A DNA stretch of 64,000 nt from Hyphomonas sp. Its GTDB lineage: Bacteria > Pseudomonadota > Alphaproteobacteria > Caulobacterales > Hyphomonadaceae. Position 1 is the stretch's first letter. Every line of letters starts with the position of its first letter. The position numbers were made by a program, and so were the translations under genes. The notes below the pieces were generated by a model, which had not been told where the DNA came from, ran no database searches, and was given only the letters and a program-made list of their open reading frames with translations. Of the stretch, positions 57,848-64,000 are shown piece by piece. The DNA is taken from the NCBI GenBank assembly GCA_035437295.1, contig DAOMXX010000001.1, positions 695 to 64,694 of the forward strand, in the 5' to 3' direction.

Positions 57848-59113
57848 ATGCTGCAGAATTTTCAAGGAATCGTGGGGCTCGGTTTCATTCTGGGTCTGTG
57901 CTGGATCCTGTCGGAGGACCGTTCCACGCGGCCCCACGGGCTTTGGATCGCCGGCGCCATCGCGGTGCAGATTGCGATCGCCTTGATCGTGACCCGTTCT
58001 GAGCTTGCACAACAGTTGATCGGCTTTGCAAACGACGCCGTCTCCTCAATTGAGCGGGCAACTCTTGTCGGCTCCAGTTACATGTTCGGCTACACAGGAG
58101 GTGCGCCAATACCCTTCATGCTGAAGCCGGGCGCCGATGAACCGGTGATCATCGCCTTCCAGATTCTTCCGCTGATTATCGTGTTCTCTGCATTGTCTGC
58201 GCTTCTCTGGCATTGGGGCGTTCTGAGAGTGATTGTCCGGGCCCTGTCATGGGCGCTCCGGAGGGGGTTGGGGGTGAGCGGCTTCGTGGGTTTGGGGGGC
58301 GCTTCGACGCTCTTTCTGGGAGTTGTCGAGTCGCCACTCATCCTGAAGGCCTGGCTCAGCCGTGTCAGCCGATCCGACCTGTTTGCTGTCATGGTTCTGA
58401 TCATGTCCACCATTTCGGGTGCGATCATGATACTCTATGCCAGCACCCTGTCCGGCGTTGTGCCTGACGCGATCGGCCACCTGATTTCTGCGTCAATCGT
58501 ATCCCTGCCGGCAGCCATCCTCATTGCCAGGATCATGGTCCCCGGAGATGGGAAACCGGATACCGCGCCGATCGAGCCGGATTTGAAGTATGAAAGCAGC
58601 ATGGACGCGGCGCTGCGCGGAACAATGGAAGGGGTCCAGCTTGTTCTTGCGGTGATCGGTGTGATCATCGTTGCATTCGCGTTCGTAAATCTGGTTGACC
58701 AGCTGCTAGGCGTTCTGCCGGCTGTAGAGGGTGAGCCGTTGACGCTCCGCAGGCTGTTTGGTTGGCTGTTCGCCCCATTAATGTGGGCGATCGGTATTCC
58801 CGCAGATCAGGCGGAGAGCGCCGGAGCCTTGATGGGTACGAAAGTTATCCTCAACGAATATGTCGCTTACCTGGATCTTGCTGCGCTGCCTGCCGGGACG
58901 CTCGACCCAAGAAGTCTTCTGATCATGACATACGCATTATCGGGTGTCGCCAACCTTGCGAGCGTCGGATTGATCGTCTCGACAATTTCAACACTGGCAC
59001 CTGATCGAAAATCCGACGTAGCCTCGCTGGGCATGAAGAGTTGGCTCGCCGGAAATCTTGCGTCTGCCATGACCGGCGCAGTTATCGGGCTTGTGACAAT
59101 CTCTTCGGGTTAG
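57848..59113 (+). CDS. NupC/CNT-family nucleoside transporter
   Basis: AFQILP.IIVFSAL, ESPL, GTKVILNEYVAY, AN..S. Confidence 0.92.
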   Translation: MLQNFQGIVGLGFILGLCWILSEDRSTRPHGLWIAGAIAVQIAIALIVTRSELAQQLIGFANDAVSSIERATLVGSSYMFGYTGGAPIPFMLKPGADEPVIIAFQILPLIIVFSALSALLWHWGVLRVIVRALSWALRRGLGVSGFVGLGGASTLFLGVVESPLILKAWLSRVSRSDLFAVMVLIMSTISGAIMILYASTLSGVVPDAIGHLISASIVSLPAAILIARIMVPGDGKPDTAPIEPDLKYESSMDAALRGTMEGVQLVLAVIGVIIVAFAFVNLVDQLLGVLPAVEGEPLTLRRLFGWLFAPLMWAIGIPADQAESAGALMGTKVILNEYVAYLDLAALPAGTLDPRSLLIMTYALSGVANLASVGLIVSTISTLAPDRKSDVASLGMKSWLAGNLASAMTGAVIGLVTISSG

Positions 59114-59118
59114 ACATC

Positions 59119-59739
59119 ATGTTTGATTCACGGCTGCGTCCAATGATCGACCCGGCGCTGCAGGCGCTGGCGACAAGGCTTCAAATCTGGGGCATGACCG
59201 CAAACGCCCTGACCTTACTCGGAATGGTGATCGGTATACTGAGCGGTGCGTTGGTCGCCTACGAACACTATCTGGCGGGCCTCGTCCTCGTTCTGATCAA
59301 CAGGCTCCTCGATGGTCTTGACGGGGCGCTCGCGCGCCGGGCGGGGCCGACAGACTTCGGCGGATACCTGGATATTGTAGCTGACTTTGTATTCTACGTG
59401 TCGGTCCCGCTCGGGTTTGGGCTCGCTGATCCGGAGAACCTTCTTCCAGCCCTTGCGCTGGTGGCGAGTTTCACTCTGACAGGCATCAGCTTTCTGGCAT
59501 TCGCCGCGATTGCGTCAAAACGCGGATTGGAAACCCGGGCGCATGGGCCCAAATCGTTCTTCTACAGCACCGGCATAGCCGAAGGTGCAGAGACAATACT
59601 TGTCTTTGTTTTGATGTGTATTTGGCCTGTTTGGTTTGCGGTCTTGGCTTACTTTTTCGCCGGATTATGCTTCTTGACTGTAATACAAAGATCAATCCTT
59701 GCCCGATTGACGTTCCGTGCACCCGCTGATCGCGCCTGA
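59119..59739 (+). CDS. CDP-alcohol phosphatidyltransferase (YnjF-like)
   Basis: NRLLDGLDGALAR..G.TDFGGYLDIVAD, KSFFY..G.AEG.ET. Confidence 0.92.
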   Translation: MFDSRLRPMIDPALQALATRLQIWGMTANALTLLGMVIGILSGALVAYEHYLAGLVLVLINRLLDGLDGALARRAGPTDFGGYLDIVADFVFYVSVPLGFGLADPENLLPALALVASFTLTGISFLAFAAIASKRGLETRAHGPKSFFYSTGIAEGAETILVFVLMCIWPVWFAVLAYFFAGLCFLTVIQRSILARLTFRAPADRA

Positions 59740-59872
59740 CATGGCGCCGTACGGGTTAATTGACGAAGACGCAAAACGGTAGCTCTATCCTGGCCTTTGC
59801 GCCGGTGCGCCACGATCATGTACGCCCCGTGTCGCAGGCGCGGCTTGCCGTTGCCACAGATCGTTGAAGACG

Positions 59873-61867
59873 TCACTCGAACGATGCGGGGCTACCTGTG
59901 AGCCATGAAGAAAGCGGAGCAGCTCGGCCCCACAGAAAACCTTGACCATAAGTGGCTCCCATGTCCCGCATCTGGGTCATTTGCGCGCGCGTTTCGATTC
60001 CCTCCGCAATGGTTGAGAGACGAATTGAGTCTGCCAGCTGAACAATTCCGCGGGTAAGCTGACCATGCTCGGATTGGACGAAGGTTCTGTCCAGCTTGAT
60101 TGTGTCAAATGGATACCGGTGAATGTGGGCAAGGGATGACATACCAGTCCCAAAGTCATCTATGGCCAGCAGAGCGCCGGCGCGTTTCAAACGGAAAAGG
60201 ACTTCAGACGCAGAGTCCGGATCGTTGGCGACACAGCTCTCGGTCAATTCAAGCTTCAGGTTGGCGTAGCGCGAGACCGCCTCGCCGACCGCACTGATCA
60301 GCGGCTCGGGCGCATTCAGCTGCTTTGCAGAGACGTTTACGCTGACAAACAGATCAGAGCGGCCCAGCTGACGGCTCATTGCCTCGGCGTCGCGCACGGC
60401 TTCGCCAAGGATTTCGCAGCCTATCTGATCGATACGGCCTGTCTCTTCCAGAACAGGTATGAAGTCAGAGGGCGCGACCTCGCCGAACTCCGGACTGTTC
60501 CAGCGCAAGAGCGCCTCCCATCCGGCAAGGCGGCGGGTCTGAAGGTGCACGATCGGTTGGTAGGCAAGAAAAAGTTCGCGGCGCTTGAGTGCATCCGGTA
60601 GCGCGAGTTCGATCCGTGCAAGAGCCTCAGCCCGTGCGCGCTGGTCCTTTGAGTAAACCTGGCTATGCTGACGGCCCCGGCGCTTGGCGGCGTTCAGGGC
60701 GAGGCTCGCATTGCTGCGCAGATGAATGGCTTCGGAGCCATTTTTCGCAAGCGCGGCCCCAATGTTTACACCACCTGAGAATCGCGCAGCGCCCGTTCCG
60801 AGTGGTAGTTCAAAAAGTTGTAGTAACTCGCGGCAAACTGCTTCGCTGTCGCTCACAGAGATTTCGTCGTCGAACAAAAGCGCGAACTCATCGGAAGAAA
60901 CCCTGAACACTTGCGCGCGCCCGGCATAGTCGGCCTCAAGCAGTCTCGCGGCAGAGATCAGAATGCCGTTTCCCTGATTGTGTCCGAGCACTTCATTGAA
61001 TTGCCTGAACTGACAGAGGTCGATCAGCACAAGAAGCAGGCTCGCACGTTCGGTCAGGCTCGAGCGTTCTTCAATCTGCAAATCGAGCCATGCCGAGGAG
61101 GCTGAACCCGTAAGTGAATCCTTGTAGAGCGCGTCTCGCAACAAGGTATTGGCCCTGACGCGCTCCTGTGTTTCCGCTTCCAGTTTGCGGATGAGCAACT
61201 TTTCCTTTCGAAGAGTTTTTGCGAGTTCGTGCGTTCGGGTCCAGAGGTCCCGCAGGAAGGACTCGCCCCGATGCATGGCCATTGCGAGAGCCGCCGTGAA
61301 CATCGAGAGCGCAATGAGCTTCTCGACTTCGGCGCCGATCAATATCCTGGAGCCCGTCATGTAGGCGACGAAGTCCCTTGTCACGGTGCCTGGTGGACTA
61401 TCCGCGAGTGTCCAGGCCAGAACGACCGCCCATCCCATTACGGCGGCTCCGCCGGCAACCAGGATTTCGAGCGGATCGAACCGCAAGGCTCGAAGACTGA
61501 TCAGTACAAAGAGCCAGACGAAAGTCGGAGACTTCAGGACGAAAGCGGAAGGCTGTGAATAGCGCTGGGCAAAGCAGACAATCAGGAAAATCAGAACACT
61601 GAATTCAAAAACCGTAAGCAACAGCGCGACACTACGGGTGAGTGCCGATCTTCGGGTAAGAAGGATCCTGACAACTGTGCCGGCTGCGAGCGCCGCCATT
61701 GCAATCCAGACAGGATCCGAATGGGAAGCTACGTCTCCTGGGGCGGGTGACAGTGAATACACAATGGCCATAAGCAGGATAAGGCCTGCCATAGTGTACG
61801 CAATCAGCTGGTCACCCCGCCGGATCTCTGCCGCTCTCCGTTTTCCATTATGGGACAGTTGCGTCAT
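59873..61867 (-). CDS. Membrane-bound GGDEF(degenerate)-EAL protein
   Basis: ~6 TM segments, DSLTG, SSDEF in place of GGDEF, EALLRW, IDDFGTG, IKLD, EGIET, QGF. Confidence 0.9.
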   Translation of the reverse strand: MTQLSHNGKRRAAEIRRGDQLIAYTMAGLILLMAIVYSLSPAPGDVASHSDPVWIAMAALAAGTVVRILLTRRSALTRSVALLLTVFEFSVLIFLIVCFAQRYSQPSAFVLKSPTFVWLFVLISLRALRFDPLEILVAGGAAVMGWAVVLAWTLADSPPGTVTRDFVAYMTGSRILIGAEVEKLIALSMFTAALAMAMHRGESFLRDLWTRTHELAKTLRKEKLLIRKLEAETQERVRANTLLRDALYKDSLTGSASSAWLDLQIEERSSLTERASLLLVLIDLCQFRQFNEVLGHNQGNGILISAARLLEADYAGRAQVFRVSSDEFALLFDDEISVSDSEAVCRELLQLFELPLGTGAARFSGGVNIGAALAKNGSEAIHLRSNASLALNAAKRRGRQHSQVYSKDQRARAEALARIELALPDALKRRELFLAYQPIVHLQTRRLAGWEALLRWNSPEFGEVAPSDFIPVLEETGRIDQIGCEILGEAVRDAEAMSRQLGRSDLFVSVNVSAKQLNAPEPLISAVGEAVSRYANLKLELTESCVANDPDSASEVLFRLKRAGALLAIDDFGTGMSSLAHIHRYPFDTIKLDRTFVQSEHGQLTRGIVQLADSIRLSTIAEGIETRAQMTQMRDMGATYGQGFLWGRAAPLSSWLTGSPASFE

Positions 61868-61971
61868 GCTTGTTCAGGCCCGCTCAACAATAGCATCTGC
61901 TGCAGGCTCCATCGAATGCATCCGTAATTTGATTGCGGCGACATTATCGCCGGAGCGGCATTCAACGGTGG

Positions 61972-63240
61972 TGACCTGCCACTGAGAATTTCCTCCAGAT
62001 TGAGTTAGAGTCCGGCCCTCAGGAAGGACGGACAGATGAAGCGATCCCGTTTCAGTGAAGAACAGATCATTGCGGTCTTGAAGGAGATGGAAGCCGGCGC
62101 GAAGGCAGCGGATCTTTCCCGCAAGCACGGTGTCTCGGAGGCGACCCTCTACAATTGGAAGTCTCGCTATGGCGGCATGGATGTCTCCGAAGCCCGGCGC
62201 CTCAAGGCATTGGAAGACGAGAACGCGAAGCTGAAGAAGCTGCTTGCAGAGTCGATGCTGGATGTCGCGGCGCTCCGCGAGCTCTTGTCAAAAAAGTGGT
62301 AGGGCCCGCTGCCGAGCGCGCCGCAGTCGCGCATCTGCAGACCGTCATGGATTTATCAGAGCGGCGGGCCTGCCAGATTGTCGGAGCAGATCGGACGATG
62401 GTTCGATATCGCTCACGCCGTCAGCCTGAGATGGAGCTGCGCACACGGCTGCGCGATCTTGCCAATGAGCGGCGTCGGTTCGGCTATCGCCGCCTGTTCA
62501 TCTTGCTGCGCAACGAAGGGGAGGCTTCAGGTGTGAATCGCATCTACAGGCTCTATCGCGAGGAAGGCCTGTCCGTGCGCAAGCGCAAAGCCAGACGGCG
62601 CGCCACCGGCACGCGGGCGCCCATTCTCGTTGAAGCCAGGCCCAATGCGCGGTGGTCCATCGACTTCGTGCATGATCAGTTCGCTTGCGGACGAAGGTTC
62701 AGGATCCTGAACCTTGTCGATGACGTGACCCGCGAATGCCTTGCCGCAATCCCTGACACATCGATTTCAGGGCGACGCGTAGCACGCGAGCTTAGCGCCG
62801 TGATCGCGCGGCGAGGACGCCCCGGCATGATCGTCTCGGACCATGGCACGGAGTTCACTTCGAACACGATGCTGGCCTGGGCCGAGGATCACGGAATCGC
62901 CTGGCACTTCATCGCACCCGGCAAGCCAATGCAGAACGGCTTCTGCGAGTCGTTCAACGGCCGGATGCGGGATGAGCTTCTCAACGAGACTCTGTTCCAC
63001 GGCCTCAAACACGCCCGCGAACGCATCGCGGAATGGGTCGAGGATTACAACCATCGGCGTCCGCATTCGGCGCTCGGATACAGCACACCGGCCAGCTATG
63101 CGGCCCGGTTCCCCGCAACGAACGATCGGCTGCGCGATGTGGAAAAGCTCCGCCAATCGTTCGTTGCTAAACCCGCGCCGGCAGGCGTACAAACCGCCGA
63201 GGCTCTAATCCCGTCCGGATGAAAGTTCAGTGGCAGGTCA
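61972..63240 (+). mobile_element. IS3-family insertion sequence (IS407-group-like), 1269 bp
   Basis: Terminal IRs TGACCTGCCACTGA / TCAGTGGCAGGTCA; 4-bp GTGG target duplication (61968-61971, 63241-63244). Confidence 0.95.
62036..63222 (+). CDS. IS3 transposase OrfAB via programmed -1 frameshift
   Basis: Orf[13 protein letters not shown] (62036-62302); A6G slippery site 62290-62296; OrfB DDE motifs WSIDF, SDHG, ESFNG. Confidence 0.93.
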
Positions 63241-63278
63241 GTGGCGACCAACGCTTGGATGATAGAAAGGAGCATGGA

Positions 63279-64000
63279 CTACGGCCCGTTGGATTGTGGC
63301 TTTGGTTGCGGGACGTAGTGTTTGTTCACGCTCCAGAAATTCAGATCTCCCTTTTCGAGCGGCCGTTCCGGATCTCCGGGATGTGCGCTGGTACTTATAG
63401 TGACCGCGATGTCTGCGAGAACGCCGGGATGGCGCCGGAAGTAATTATGCGCATCGAACTGGTCGGCGTCTTCGACCGCGATGAACGATACCGAGCGGAC
63501 TCCTCTGAAAACTGCCTTTGATTCCTCAGACATGGCATCCGGCGTCATGGCTCCAAATCGCGGGGCTCCATAGAGCCATCCCGACAAGCCAAGCGCATCA
63601 TCTCCGGGGTTAACATAGACATTGATCTGTCCGAAACCCAATCCGAAAGCCTCCGCGACGAGCCTCTGTTCCATTACACCAAGATCCATGTCGGGCGCCG
63701 CGAGAATAAGATTTTCAATGCGGTAGGTGTCCCGCATGGAAAGGCCTGAGCCCCGCGCCTCAATCATCAGTTCCCGGAGCGCATCTGTTGCGAGCGATAC
63801 GCCCCGGCTATGCGCGACGAGGGTGATCGAGTTAACTTCCGGTGTGGCGCTGATCAGCCTCAGCACTTCCTTGAGGTGGTAGATTGCGAAGTCTGCGTCC
63901 TGGGTGTCACCGAGATACCCAAAAACAGATCGGCCGCCCGTTGGCCAGCTGAAGAGAATTGGAACTGAAAGCCGGCCTGAAGCATTCCAAATTTCGAACA
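63279..64000 (-). CDS. DUF900-family alpha/beta hydrolase (5' end outside window)
   Basis: FSWP, AHSRG, LAAPD, D.AL..S, HNYF. Confidence 0.85.
   Translation of the reverse strand, partial: FEIWNASGRLSVPILFSWPTGGRSVFGYLGDTQDADFAIYHLKEVLRLISATPEVNSITLVAHSRGVSLATDALRELMIEARGSGLSMRDTYRIENLILAAPDMDLGVMEQRLVAEAFGLGFGQINVYVNPGDDALGLSGWLYGAPRFGAMTPDAMSEESKAVFRGVRSVSFIAVEDADQFDAHNYFRRHPGVLADIAVTISTSAHPGDPERPLEKGDLNFWSVNKHYVPQPKPQSNGP

Overview
GC-rich alphaproteobacterial accessory DNA (TonB-receptor style and gene content suggest Hyphomonadaceae/Caulobacterales; inference only). No intact rRNA, tRNA or CRISPR array seen. Four blocks: (1) ~3.6-19.1 kb, a sulfide/reactive-sulfur island: prx-bigR-pdo-DUF442/sqr-sulP-DUF3422, divergent yeeE/yedE-dsrE, and an NsrR-like Rrf2 gene opposite cydAB followed by an unexplained exported module (beta-barrel, ferritin-like, DsrE, cytochrome c). 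(2) ~19.2-34.7 kb, a glycoside/ester/sulfate catabolic locus (2 TonB receptors, GPH symporter, EGCrP-like GH5, esterases, sulfatase, PhyH, TetR) sharing a five-copy palindromic operator. (3) A DUF2946 (CxxC/RGPP) leader plus a TonB receptor broken by a 271-bp tandem duplication, then a tRNA-Asp 3' fragment with arm-like repeats (probable att site at ~38.0 kb) and a Fic gene. (4) ~39.5-64 kb, a string of TetR/HxlR detox cassettes, a ydjX/ynj-like cluster (desaturase, AhpD, rhodanese, thioredoxin, VTT-flavoprotein reductase, NupC, CDP-alcohol transferase), a GGDEF-EAL gene and an intact IS3-family element with a 4-bp target duplication. All family calls come from motif recognition by eye; no searches were run.
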